A DNA stretch of 64,000 bases from an uncultured delta proteobacterium. Lineage in GTDB: Bacteria; Myxococcota_A; UBA9160; SZUA-336. The DNA lies in contig CAVPHD010000001.1 in NCBI GenBank assembly GCA_963704165.1, positions 512,001 through 576,000 of the forward strand, read 5' to 3'. Made by a program: the position numbers and the translations under genes. This document shows, in pieces, positions 38,331-50,028 of this stretch. Position 1 is the stretch's first letter. The number at the start of each line of letters is the position of its first letter. The notes under the pieces were generated by a model, which searched no databases, was not told the DNA's origin, and saw only the letters and a list, made by a program, of their open reading frames with translations.

Positions 38331-40142
38331 TCAGCGATACTTCTGGCTCGCGACCGGAACCCACCACTCGGGCTCGAGCGTCGATCCGGTCGGGTACCAC
38401 GTCACGCCTTGAAACCGGCGCGCGTAGGCCGCGAGCGACTTCGGCGCGTACACCCAGGTGTAGGGTTGCTCGTCGTGCAGGATCTCCTGCACGCGGTCGT
38501 AGAGCCGCTTGCGCTCGGCCGCGTCGAACTCGACGCGATACGTCTCGAGCAGGCGATCGACCTCTGCGTGCTTGAACGAGATGTGATTCGAGCCGCCCGC
38601 GACGGCCTGCGACGAGTGCCAGATCTGGAAGAGGTCGGGCGGGATCGTCCCGCTGTTCGTCCAGCCCAGGATCACCGCGTCGTAGTCGAAGCTCTTGACC
38701 TTCTCGAGCAGGATCGACCAGTCGATCGCGCGGAAGCTCGCGTCGATTCCCGCGCGCTTGAACTCGTCGACGACGACGAGCCCGAGGTTCTTGCGGTCGT
38801 CGTTGCCGGAGTTCGAGACGATCTCGAAGCGCAGCGGCACGCGCTCACCGTCGAAGTCCTTGTCGAGAATCCCGTCGCCGTTCGTGTCGGTCCAGCCGGC
38901 CTCCGCGAGCAGCGCCTTGGCCTTCGCGGGATCGAAGCTCCAGCGCGGGAGCGCGGAGTTGAACTCGGGACGCCCGGGGTAGATCGGGGACTCGACCGGA
39001 TCGGCCAGGCCGAGCAGGAGCTTGTCGCAGACGTTCTGCTTGTCGACGAGGTGCGAGAGCGCCTGCCGCAGCCGCTTGTCCGAGAAGATCGCGCGCTTCT
39101 GGTTCCAGCCGATGTACGTGTAGCTGCCCGCGCGATCGACGTGCTTCAAGACGCGCTCGTCGAAGCGCGCGTCGCTGGTCTGCTTCAGGTACTGCACCGG
39201 GCGCAGGCCCATGAAGTCGACCGCGCCCGCCTTCAGCGCCGCGAGCGCCGCGTCGAAGTCGTTGATCACGCGGTAGACGACGCGGTCCACCCACGGATCG
39301 CCGAGCAGCGGCTGGCCGGGCGCGAAGTACCCCTCGCGATGGCGGAGCTCGATCTTCTCGCCGGTCACGTAGTCGCGCGCGGGGTCGTCGAGCACGAGCG
39401 CACCGGGGCCACGCGGCCGCCGGTTGAATCCCTCGTTGAAGGCCTTGGCGAAGCGCTGGGCGCGGTCCTTCTTCGAGGGCTCGAGCTCGTCCCAGTGATT
39501 CAGCTCGGCGACGCTGATCCCGTCGAGCAGATTCTCGGGGTCGTAGTAGCTGCGCGGGATCGGGCTGATGCCGCCGAGCATCCAGTCGTTCAGGAAGTAC
39601 ACCTCGCCGAGCTCGATGCGGACCGTGTGCGGATCGACGACCTCGGCGTCGGCCACCGAGTTGTAGTAGTTGCGCTGGGGCGCGGCGTTGACCAGCGGAT
39701 GGCGGATCGCCTTCAGCGTGAACACCACGTCCTCGGCCGTGAGCGGAGCTCCGTCGCTGAACGTGACGTCGTCGCGCAGCCGGTAGGTGTAGGTGAGATG
39801 GTCCGCCGACACCTCGGGAAGCTCGCGCGCGAGCAGCGGCTCGAGCGCGAGCGTGTTCTGATCGATGCGGACGAGCGCCGGAAAGATCCAGCCGAGCACC
39901 GCGCTCGCGCCCGCGTCGTTCGAGGTGAGCGGATTCAGGTTCTCGGGATCCGAGAGCGAGTGGATCACGAGCCAGTCGCCGCGCACCGCAGGCCCGACGT
40001 CCGCCGGCTCGGCGGTGGGTGCGGGCGCGGCCTCGGCCGCCGACTCATCCGTCGCGGCACCCGTCTTCTCGCTCTCGCCCGGTCCGCCGCACGCGACGAG
40101 CGCGAGCGCGCAGACGAGTGTGCAGAGCTTGAATCGAATCAT
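38331..40142 (-). CDS. Family-5 ABC substrate-binding lipoprotein (OppA-like)
   Basis: Lipobox LVAC, DPENLNPL, FSDGAPLTAEDVVFT, AGWTDTNGDGIL. Confidence 0.9.
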   Translation of the reverse strand: MIRFKLCTLVCALALVACGGPGESEKTGAATDESAAEAAPAPTAEPADVGPAVRGDWLVIHSLSDPENLNPLTSNDAGASAVLGWIFPALVRIDQNTLALEPLLARELPEVSADHLTYTYRLRDDVTFSDGAPLTAEDVVFTLKAIRHPLVNAAPQRNYYNSVADAEVVDPHTVRIELGEVYFLNDWMLGGISPIPRSYYDPENLLDGISVAELNHWDELEPSKKDRAQRFAKAFNEGFNRRPRGPGALVLDDPARDYVTGEKIELRHREGYFAPGQPLLGDPWVDRVVYRVINDFDAALAALKAGAVDFMGLRPVQYLKQTSDARFDERVLKHVDRAGSYTYIGWNQKRAIFSDKRLRQALSHLVDKQNVCDKLLLGLADPVESPIYPGRPEFNSALPRWSFDPAKAKALLAEAGWTDTNGDGILDKDFDGERVPLRFEIVSNSGNDDRKNLGLVVVDEFKRAGIDASFRAIDWSILLEKVKSFDYDAVILGWTNSGTIPPDLFQIWHSSQAVAGGSNHISFKHAEVDRLLETYRVEFDAAERKRLYDRVQEILHDEQPYTWVYAPKSLAAYARRFQGVTWYPTGSTLEPEWWVPVASQKYR

Positions 40143-40275
40143 TGAATCCCCCCGATGGACGCGTCCGAGATCTTGCCCTTGCAAGAAAGCCCTCGCACGG
40201 ACCATAGCTCGCGCTATGATCCGATTCGCTCCTGATCGTCCTCCCCGATTCACAACTTCCCCCCTCGAGGGATGC

Positions 40276-40509
40276 ATGAACGGCAGCACAGACTGCAGGG
40301 GTGGCGACCGCCGGGCGAACGAGCGCGGCGTACCACTCGAGCTCGTGATCGGGCGCGAGACGATTCGCGTCTGGCTCGACGACGCGGGTATCCATTTCCG
40401 ACACGCGGACGGATCGCCCACCGAGGGGCACTTGCCCTGGTCGGTCGCCATCGCGATGTCGCTCATTCCCGCCGATTCACCTCGCATCGGAACGATCGAG
40501 GCCGCATAG
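40276..40509 (+). CDS. Small hypothetical protein (77 aa)
   Basis: ATG after GAGGG; protein-like composition; ends 5 bp before the next gene. Confidence 0.45.
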   Translation: MNGSTDCRGGDRRANERGVPLELVIGRETIRVWLDDAGIHFRHADGSPTEGHLPWSVAIAMSLIPADSPRIGTIEAA

Positions 40510-40514
40510 CCGGA

Positions 40515-41254
40515 ATGGGTCTTCTCTTCGGACTTCTCGGCTTCGTCGCAGGGAGCGGATTCGCGTGGTTGATTCTGCGCCGGAGACGACCGCCAACGCC
40601 GGTGGTGTCGCTCGCCGATCGCGACGTCGTTCCGGAGCGCAAACCCCTCACCCCGGTGCGCGAGCTCGGCGTGGAGCGGGAGAACGATCGTGCGGCGCCT
40701 CCCCACCTGATCTCGCTGATCGGCGACGCGATCCGCGAGCCGCTGCGCCAGCTTCGCCGCTCGGGAGAGGTGCCGGGCGAGGCGCTCGCGAGGCTCGAGC
40801 GGATCGCCTGGCAGGTGCGGATGCTCGTCGCGAGACCGCGTCCGATGCGCGCGGCGCCCACGGCTCCGATCGCGCTGCTCCAGGAAGCGGCTGAGCAGAT
40901 TCCGCTCCTGCGCGACGGCTCGGTCGGCACCTCGTGGTCGGTGCTGAACCGTCAGCCCGTTCACGTCGATCCCGAGCGAATGCGCGCCGCATTCCGGGCG
41001 CTGCTCGAGTCCGGCGCGGAGCTCGCCGGCGTGGGCGGCCGGATCGGAATCAAGATCCTGCGCGGTGACGCGGAGGGCTTCCCGGTCCAGATCGAGATCG
41101 AGATCGGCCGCCGCGGCACCGAGCTCGACGCGCTCTCGATGCTCGTGACGCGTCACCTGATCGAGAGCCAGGGCGGCCGGCTCGAGATCGACGGCAACAT
41201 GACGCGCGTCTCGCTGCGAAATGCCGGACCCGAGGAGCAGATCGCCTCGGTCGC

Positions 41255-41258
<4 letters not shown>
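40515..41258 (+). CDS. Membrane-anchored degenerate histidine-kinase-like protein
   Basis: N-terminal TM; remnants of the H box (GDAIREPL), N box ([15 protein letters not shown]) and C-terminal [11 protein letters not shown]. Confidence 0.6.
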
Positions 41259-44037
<2,779 letters not shown>

Positions 44038-44041
<4 letters not shown>

Positions 44042-44994
44042 GACGGCAGCCTCGAGAGCTCGCGGCGCAGCAGCACGAGGAAGAGCGGCCCGCCGACGAG
44101 CGCGGTGAGGGCGCCGACCGGAAGCTCGATCGGCGCGAGCACGACGCGCGCGAGCGTGTCCGCGATCACCAGGAAGGCCGCGCCGGCGAGCGCCGAGGCG
44201 GGAAGCAGCGTGCGGTGGTCGGAGCCGATCGCCAGACGGAGCAGGTGCGGCACGATCAGGCCGACGAATCCGATCAGACCCGACACCGCGACCGACGCGC
44301 CGATCATCAGCGCGCTCGCGGCGAGGACGTGCCGGCGCGTGCGCGGCACGTCGACACCGAGGTGGGCCGCCGTCTCGTCGCCCTGCGCGAGCAGGTTCAG
44401 CGCGTAGGCGTGGCGCAGCGCGATTCCGAGTCCGATCGCGAAGAGCGCCGCCACGCCCGCGAGAAGCGCCGGCTCGACCAGGCGGATCGAGCCGATCAGC
44501 CAGAGGAAGACGCTCGCGACCCGCGACAGATCCGCGGCGCTGGTCACGAACACGATCAGCGACGATGCGAACGCGTTGAACACGACGCCGGTGAGCAGCA
44601 GGCTGTGCGCGGGAGCGCGACCGCCCGAAGCCGGCGATCGCGTAGAGCAAGAGGCTCGCGCCGAGCGCCCCGGCGAACGCGACCAGCGGCACGGCCGAAC
44701 CGCCGAGCCAGAACCCGGCGCCGAGCGCCAGCGCCGCGACGCCGCCGAGCGCCGCGCCACCCGAGATTCCGAGCACGTACGGATCGGCGAGCGGATTCTG
44801 CAGGAGCGCCTGGAGCAGCGCTCCCGCCGTCGCCAGCCCCGCGCCGACGATCGCGGCGAGCAGCGCGCGCGGCAGGCGGATCTCGAAGCACGATCGCGGC
44901 GGTCGGATTCTGCGCCGACCCGATCCACAGGCTTGCGCCGACGCAGGCGAGCACGAGCAGCCCGAGCCATCCGAGCACCGGACGCGAAGCTCAC
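44038..44994 (-). CDS. BtuC/FecCD-type permease (frameshifted; start uncertain)
   Basis: [50 protein letters not shown]. Confidence 0.85.
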
Positions 44995-45860
44995 GGCGCG
45001 CGGCTCGCTTCGAAGTCGGGGTGGACGCGCGCGCGCAGGATCCGCGCGCCCTCGGCGAGCCGCGCGCCGGGCAACGTCGCGACGCGCGACGACACGATCT
45101 CGACGCGGCGCACGAAGCTGAAGCGCGACCAATAGGCACGGGCTTCGCGCTCCGTCTCCGGTCCGGTCGCCGCGACCTGCGTCGAGTCGATCAGCACGTC
45201 GGGAGCGCGCTCGGCGAGAAGCTCGAGCGAAACCTGTGGATAGGCGCTCGGAAGGTCGGCGAAGACATTTCGCCCGCCGGCGACCTCGATCAACGCGCTC
45301 GCGAAGCTGCCGCCCGCGGCGACGTAGAGCGGCTCGCGTTCGACGACCAGCGCGACGCTCGGTCGCGCGAACACTTCGACCGAACGCGAGACGTCGGCGA
45401 GTTGCTCGCGCACGCGAGCGACGAGCGCCCGCGCTTCGGGCTCGCGCCCGATCTCTCGCCCGATCTCCTCGTAGGTGCCGAGGACCCGTTCGAGCGAGCC
45501 GCTCGAATCGATCTCGTGGACGCGGATGCCGCGCGAACGGAGCTGCGCGAAGAACGCCCCCTGCGACTCGCTCCGAACGCCGAGCACCAGCGTCGGCCGG
45601 AGTTCGAGCGCGCGCTCGAGGTCGGGCGCGAAGAGACCGCCGAGCGAGGGCAGCTCGCCAATTCCCGGAAGCGCGCGCGAGTACTGGTCGACGCCGACCA
45701 GCATGTCTCGCTCACCGAGCGCCATGACGATGTCGGTCGTCGAGGGCGAGAGTGAGATGACGCGCGGCACGCCGATCTCGGCCGCGGGCTCGCTCGCGCT
45801 GCACGCGCAGGAGACCGCGATGGCGAATGCGATCCAGCGGGCGCTTCGGGGGATGCGCAC
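44991..45860 (-). CDS. BtuF-like helical-backbone periplasmic binding lipoprotein
   Basis: [28 protein letters not shown]. Confidence 0.85.
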   Translation of the reverse strand: MRIPRSARWIAFAIAVSCACSASEPAAEIGVPRVISLSPSTTDIVMALGERDMLVGVDQYSRALPGIGELPSLGGLFAPDLERALELRPTLVLGVRSESQGAFFAQLRSRGIRVHEIDSSGSLERVLGTYEEIGREIGREPEARALVARVREQLADVSRSVEVFARPSVALVVEREPLYVAAGGSFASALIEVAGGRNVFADLPSAYPQVSLELLAERAPDVLIDSTQVAATGPETEREARAYWSRFSFVRRVEIVSSRVATLPGARLAEGARILRARVHPDFEASRAP

Positions 45861-45896
45861 GACGCTGTTCTAGCACTTCACTCGCGCGCGCGTCCC

Positions 45897-45938
45897 GAAA
45901 GCGGGGGCGCGGACGACCCTGCGGCCGCCGCGCCCCCG
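45897..45938 (-). terminator. Hairpin downstream of comEA (probable intrinsic terminator)
   Basis: CGGGGGCGCGG (45902-45912) pairs with CCGCGCCCCCG (45928-45938); short CTTTC tail on the minus strand. Confidence 0.5.
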
Positions 45939-45944
45939 GACCGT

Positions 45945-46289
45945 TCAGTTGCCCGACTGCGCGGTCGTCTTGCCGTCGAGCGTCACGTGCGGCCGCATGC
46001 GCTCGAGCGCCTTGTCACCGATGCCCTTCACTTCCGAAAGGTCGTCGACGCGCTTGAACGCACCGTGCTGCTTGCGGTACTCGAGGATGGCCTGCGCCTT
46101 CGCAGGGCCGACACCGGGCAGGAGCGAGAGCTCCTCCGCGGTGGCCGAGTTCACGTTGACGACACCGGCAATTGCGGCGCCTCCCGCGTGCCCGGCCGGC
46201 TCGTTCCCGGCGGCGATGGCCACGTTGCACAGAAATGCCACCAGCGCGATCGCGCTCGCGGCCCGGACGATCCTTGCTCGGATCTTCAT
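45945..46289 (-). CDS. comEA: ComEA-family helix-hairpin-helix DNA-binding protein
   Basis: Signal peptide, VNVNSATAEELSLLPGVGPAKA, EVKGIG. Confidence 0.9.
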   Translation of the reverse strand: MKIRARIVRAASAIALVAFLCNVAIAAGNEPAGHAGGAAIAGVVNVNSATAEELSLLPGVGPAKAQAILEYRKQHGAFKRVDDLSEVKGIGDKALERMRPHVTLDGKTTAQSGN

Positions 46290-46347
46290 ACCCTGCCTTT
46301 CCTTCGTTGGGGTGAGGAAAGCGGGTGAGGCGGGGAAACCTGTTGGA

Positions 46348-47359
46348 CTAGCTCTGGCGGCCGACGACGAAGTCCGCGAGCGCGAGCATCGCGTGCTTCG
46401 CCTCGCAATCCACGAACGGTTCGATCTGCGAGCGCGCCTGGCTGCCGAGCTGCTCCGCACGGGCGAGCGCGCTCTCGACGCCACGGTGCCGGGCCACGCA
46501 CTCGGCCACGCGTTGCACGCTCTCGCGGTCCGGGCTGCGCCCGGCGGCGCTCTGCAGCGCGAACTCCTTCAAGAGGGCCGAGATCGCATCGCGCTCCCCT
46601 GTGCTGCAGCGCTTCAGGGTCGCGATCAACGGCAGCGTGAGCTTTCCCTCCGCCACGTCGGTGAGTGGCGCCTTGCCGAGGTCCCGCTCCGTGCCGGCGT
46701 AGTCGAGCGCGTCATCGACGAGCTGGAAGGCGAGGCCGAGGAGCCAGCCGTACTCGCGAACGGCGCGCCGCTCGGAACGAGTCACGCCACCGAGGATCGC
46801 ACCCGCCTCGGCCGCGGCGGCGAGCAGGCTCGACGTCTTTCCGCCGATCACTTCTAGGTAGGTCGGTCTCGTTCATCTCGGGATCGAAGCTGCGCGTCAG
46901 CTGAAGGACCTCGCCCTCGGCCATCGCGCGGATGCTCTCGGCGAAGGCCGCGAGAATGTCGGGGTCCCCGTCCTCGACGAGCGTCTGACAGGTTCGCGCG
47001 TAGAGGAAGTCGCCGACGAGGATCGCGAGCTTGCTGCCGAAGTGCGCGTTCACGCTCGGACGCCCGCGCCGGGTCTCCGCGCCGTCGACGACGTCGTCGT
47101 GCAGGAGCGACGCGCTGTGCAGGTACTCGGCCGCGGCCGCGATCTGGATCGCGCGCGGACCGCGATAGCCGCAGAGTCGAGCGGCGAGCAGAACCATGAC
47201 GGGCCGGACGCGTTTGCCGCCGCTTCCGAACGTGTGCTCGCCGATCGTCGGAATCACCGGCGCGACGGAGCGCATGCCGGCACGCATGACGCGCTCGACC
47301 TGATCGAGGTCGTCGCGCAGGAAGCTGATGATGCGGTCGAGATCGGGGGCGGCTGTCAA
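46348..47359 (-). CDS. ispB: Polyprenyl diphosphate synthase (frameshift near 46855)
   Basis: GGKRVRP, LLHDDVVD...RRG, FQLVDDALD, EGKLTLP. Confidence 0.88.
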
Positions 47360-47460
47360 CTCGCTTGCATCCGGTAGGAGGTTCGGCGAGTCTAGCCCGC
47401 GGCGGGGGGCGATGTCAAAGATTCCGATGCCAAATCCGCTTCCATTCCAAGTAGTTAACG

Positions 47461-47468
47461 GAAGTTCT
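47461..47468. repeat. Left target-site duplication GAAGTTCT (partner at 51033-51040)
   Basis: Identical 8-mer directly outside both TIRs. Confidence 0.85.
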
Positions 47469-47522
47469 CGGAATTAGGTACTTGACGCAACAGTCTCCGC
47501 CTGACCCTAGACTAGGCGCAGT

Positions 47523-47828
47523 TCATTGAGACGGTGTGACCTTGGACCTCCGCAGCGTCGGCCAGTCGGAGAACCCAAGTGCCCAGCGAGCCGCGAAGAT
47601 GCAGCCGGCGATTGGAGCCCACTTCCCGGCGTGGAAAACGATCACCAGCCTGAGCATTCGGAGTGCGGGGCTCGCGGCCTCGACCCCGACGGGAGCGAAC
47701 AGGGAGTCGCCCCCGCTCAACACTCGAACGACCGAATCGAGCGACTTGAACATCTGCCAGGACCAATACGCCGACCAAACAGCGATCGCGAGCCGACACG
47801 CAAAGCCGAACCAGTTCTCCCGTTTCAC
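47523..47828 (-). CDS. Hypothetical small membrane protein (IS cargo)
   Basis: 101-aa ORF with Trp-rich hydrophobic segments, co-oriented with the other cargo genes. Confidence 0.4.
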   Translation of the reverse strand: MKRENWFGFACRLAIAVWSAYWSWQMFKSLDSVVRVLSGGDSLFAPVGVEAASPALRMLRLVIVFHAGKWAPIAGCIFAARWALGFSDWPTLRRSKVTPSQ

Positions 47829-47844
47829 GCCGCGGGTCTCCGGC

Positions 47845-48012
47845 TCAGCGCCGAACCGCTTTGCGCCGTGTTCTCTTCTTCTTCGGCCGCTCCGGCCATC
47901 CGCCCTCGGGCTTTCGCTTGGAGACCGCTCCTTTCAGCGCATCCTCCCAGGTTCCTGGCAGATGTAGCGCTCTAGCGTCTGGCCCGGTGTTCTTGGTCTT
48001 CCGATTTGCCAC
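47845..48012 (-). CDS. Small basic protein (55 aa, IS cargo)
   Basis: GTG start 10 bp after the NYN stop: MANRKTKNTGPDARALHLPGTWEDALKGAVSKRKPEGGWPERPKKKR... Confidence 0.5.
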   Translation of the reverse strand: MANRKTKNTGPDARALHLPGTWEDALKGAVSKRKPEGGWPERPKKKRTRRKAVRR

Positions 48013-48022
48013 GGGTGAAACT

Positions 48023-48673
48023 CTAAGAGCCTGCCGGCGGCAAGTATTTCTGGGGGCAGCGGGCAACCACGATTCCCGTCGAGTCCTTGACCTCTAGGGG
48101 AAAGAGGCTCTTGCGCAGGTGTTTCGGCTCGATACTGCGAAGGCTCGGATATCCACCGAATGCGTGCACGATCTCCTTGCTGTGCCGCCGCTTCGGTGGC
48201 GCAACGAGCCGAAGGGGCTTCGTGGGGAACTGCGTTCTGAGCATTCGCACAACAGGCGCCAGATCGGAGTCTGCCGAGAGAAGAAGTCCCATATCGTACG
48301 AGTTCTTGTACGCCTCGTTCAGCATGAAGAGGCCGATGTTCACGTCCGTCTCCTTTTCCTCGTGCGCGATCCACTTCCCGCCGCACTTCTTGCAACTGCG
48401 GTCCTTCGGCTTAAAGAACCCCATGACCGGCGTCACCCCCACGCCTTCCAGTGCAGCAACGTATTCGCGGTGGCGTGCATATGCATCTGGAAGCCATGTG
48501 GCGTACGCAGAGAAGTAGTAGATCTCGCGCAACTCTTGGTATGGCTTGGGAACAAAGAGCTGCAGGAGCGCCCTTAGGTTCAACCACTTGAAGTGGTTCT
48601 GTCCAATGTCATCAAGCGCATGGTAGATGTTGAACCCATCGACAAAGGCCGCGACTCGTTGTGTCCGTACCAT
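48023..48673 (-). CDS. NYN (LabA/DUF88, PIN-like) ribonuclease with a CxxC insert
   Basis: FVDGFN, EKETDVNI and LSADSDLAP acidic catalytic motifs; CKKC; GAGGG RBS before ATG 48673. Confidence 0.88.
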   Translation of the reverse strand: MVRTQRVAAFVDGFNIYHALDDIGQNHFKWLNLRALLQLFVPKPYQELREIYYFSAYATWLPDAYARHREYVAALEGVGVTPVMGFFKPKDRSCKKCGGKWIAHEEKETDVNIGLFMLNEAYKNSYDMGLLLSADSDLAPVVRMLRTQFPTKPLRLVAPPKRRHSKEIVHAFGGYPSLRSIEPKHLRKSLFPLEVKDSTGIVVARCPQKYLPPAGS

Positions 48674-48758
48674 GTTGGCCCTCAAGTCCGGCTGGACGAC
48701 AGCCGAATCCGCGTCTAAGATTCGCCTTGAGTCATCCCGCAAGGTTCGCCCTTGCGCC

Positions 48759-48786
48759 GCCCATGGGCTTCGGCCCATGGGCTTTT
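48759..48786 (+). terminator. 10-bp hairpin with cUUCGg loop and U tract
   Basis: GCCCATGGGC-TTCG-GCCCATGGGC-TTTT. Confidence 0.55.
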
Positions 48787-48806
48787 CTACATCAGATACG
48801 CGAAAA

Positions 48807-48876
48807 TGCTGGAGCCGGAGGGGATCAAACCCTCGCGCCCAAGTTCCAAGCCCGGACGCAGTACCAACTCGGCCCC
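48807..48876 (-). ncRNA. tRNA-like RNA (Ala-type acceptor, UGG anticodon loop, no D stem)
   Basis: GGGGCCG-AGTTGGTACT-GCGTCCGGG-CTTGGAA-CTTGGGCGC-GAGGG-TTTGATC-CCCTC-CGGCTCC-A-GCA; acceptor, anticodon and T stems all pair. Confidence 0.65.
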
Positions 48877-48988
48877 GAAGGGATCGCTCACCATGGCCCG
48901 CCCCAAGCCGTCCCAACGCGCTTGGAGGCGGGCCTTCTGGTTACGGCCACCAACTCCGGTGAACAGGAGAGCGGTGGCTAAACGGTCC

Positions 48989-49720
48989 TCATGATTCCTC
49001 CAGCGGCAGGGTCGCTAGAAACTTCGCCAACCGGTCTACGTCGGCGGCTGTCAGATCCATAGGCAGCGCGAGCTTGATAGGCATGTCCCGACGAAGTTGG
49101 AACGGATGGACCATGAACCCAGAAGGGGTGTCAATTACTGGTGTGCGGTGAACGTCATCGTTCGGCGTACCCTGATCGCGCTGTCCGGATCCGCGTTTCT
49201 TGCTTGGCTTCCGCGAGCTCCGGGACTGAGCCGATTGCTGTCTACTAGCTCCACCTGCACCACGGCGGGGCTCGAAGTGGGGCGATATAGTCAGCTTCGC
49301 TTCCTGCATCGCGGAAAGGTAGAATCGCACTGCTTTATCGAGGACTTGGTTCTCTGCCTTGCCTCGTGTTCGGAATGCTTCCTTGAGCTGCGCGATGGTG
49401 CCAGAGTCGAGATCCACTCCTGCGAGAATCTCGCCGTACGCCTCTGAGATTGCGTTTCCTAGCGCCTCCGGCCACGTCGATGTACCATGGGCCTTCACGA
49501 CGGCCCGAAGCCGATCGGTAACAATTCCGGGGCCTTGGATCATCCCGAGAAAACGGAGAGCAACGCGCAGATGGCTTTGGGTTGCGCCGGACATGCTGGT
49601 CATCAGGCTCGCGTCGATCGCCGGGGGAAGGGCGGTTTTGCTCAGCTTTCCGATGAAGCCCAGGAAGGTCTGGAAGGGTACGTAGGGCGGTCGAGCCGTT
49701 TCTTCTTTGCTCATCATCAA
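48989..49720 (-). CDS. DUF5343-like protein (IS cargo)
   Basis: PPYVPFQTF...PPAIDASL...ALRFLGMI N-terminal pattern, basic low-complexity linker, short C-terminal domain (LPMDLTAADVDRL). Confidence 0.7.
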   Translation of the reverse strand: MMMSKEETARPPYVPFQTFLGFIGKLSKTALPPAIDASLMTSMSGATQSHLRVALRFLGMIQGPGIVTDRLRAVVKAHGTSTWPEALGNAISEAYGEILAGVDLDSGTIAQLKEAFRTRGKAENQVLDKAVRFYLSAMQEAKLTISPHFEPRRGAGGASRQQSAQSRSSRKPSKKRGSGQRDQGTPNDDVHRTPVIDTPSGFMVHPFQLRRDMPIKLALPMDLTAADVDRLAKFLATLPLEES

Positions 49721-49746
49721 CTCCGTGAATTACGTGGAGAGCGACA

Positions 49747-50028
49747 ATGGAACAGACAAGTCGAGTCGTGTCAACCCCAGCGGAGTACGTCACGGATGCA
49801 GTGACGGCGCTCGTGCGGGCGTATGGCGATGAGGCGGTAGAGCTGCGGGCCTTCCGTACCGCTGCGGACCGCGTAGCAGTTGTCGGTCCTGATGGAACTA
49901 CGACCGGATATCCGATCTGCTTCGTGTACGAGTGGGATGCCCAGCTGTTCGAGCGCCTGAGTGCTGCATACGGCGCAGCCGATTGCGCGCAGCTCGAACG
50001 GCTGTGGACCCTCGCGAAGCCCTTCTAG
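49747..50028 (+). CDS. Hypothetical protein (93 aa, IS cargo, convergent with the transposase)
   Basis: GGAG RBS, protein-like composition; stop overlaps the transposase stop. Confidence 0.5.
   Translation: MEQTSRVVSTPAEYVTDAVTALVRAYGDEAVELRAFRTAADRVAVVGPDGTTTGYPICFVYEWDAQLFERLSAAYGAADCAQLERLWTLAKPF

Noticed and set aside
40143..40230. Sigma54 promoter upstream of the oppA-like gene
   Set aside because: TTGCA is present but the -24 position reads GA rather than GG.
45861..45944. Cobalamin riboswitch ahead of the btuF-like gene
   Set aside because: The spacer is only 84 bp, is mostly a terminator-like hairpin, and shows no B12 box.
47350..47460. BirA operator upstream of bioF
   Set aside because: A TGTCAAC half-site is present but has no correctly spaced inverted partner.
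48807..48876. Canonical tRNA-Pro or a tmRNA gene
   Set aside because: No D stem, GCA end and Ala-type acceptor argue against a normal tRNA-Pro. There is no tag reading frame or pseudoknot region, and the order is not that of a permuted tmRNA. Kept only as tRNA-like.
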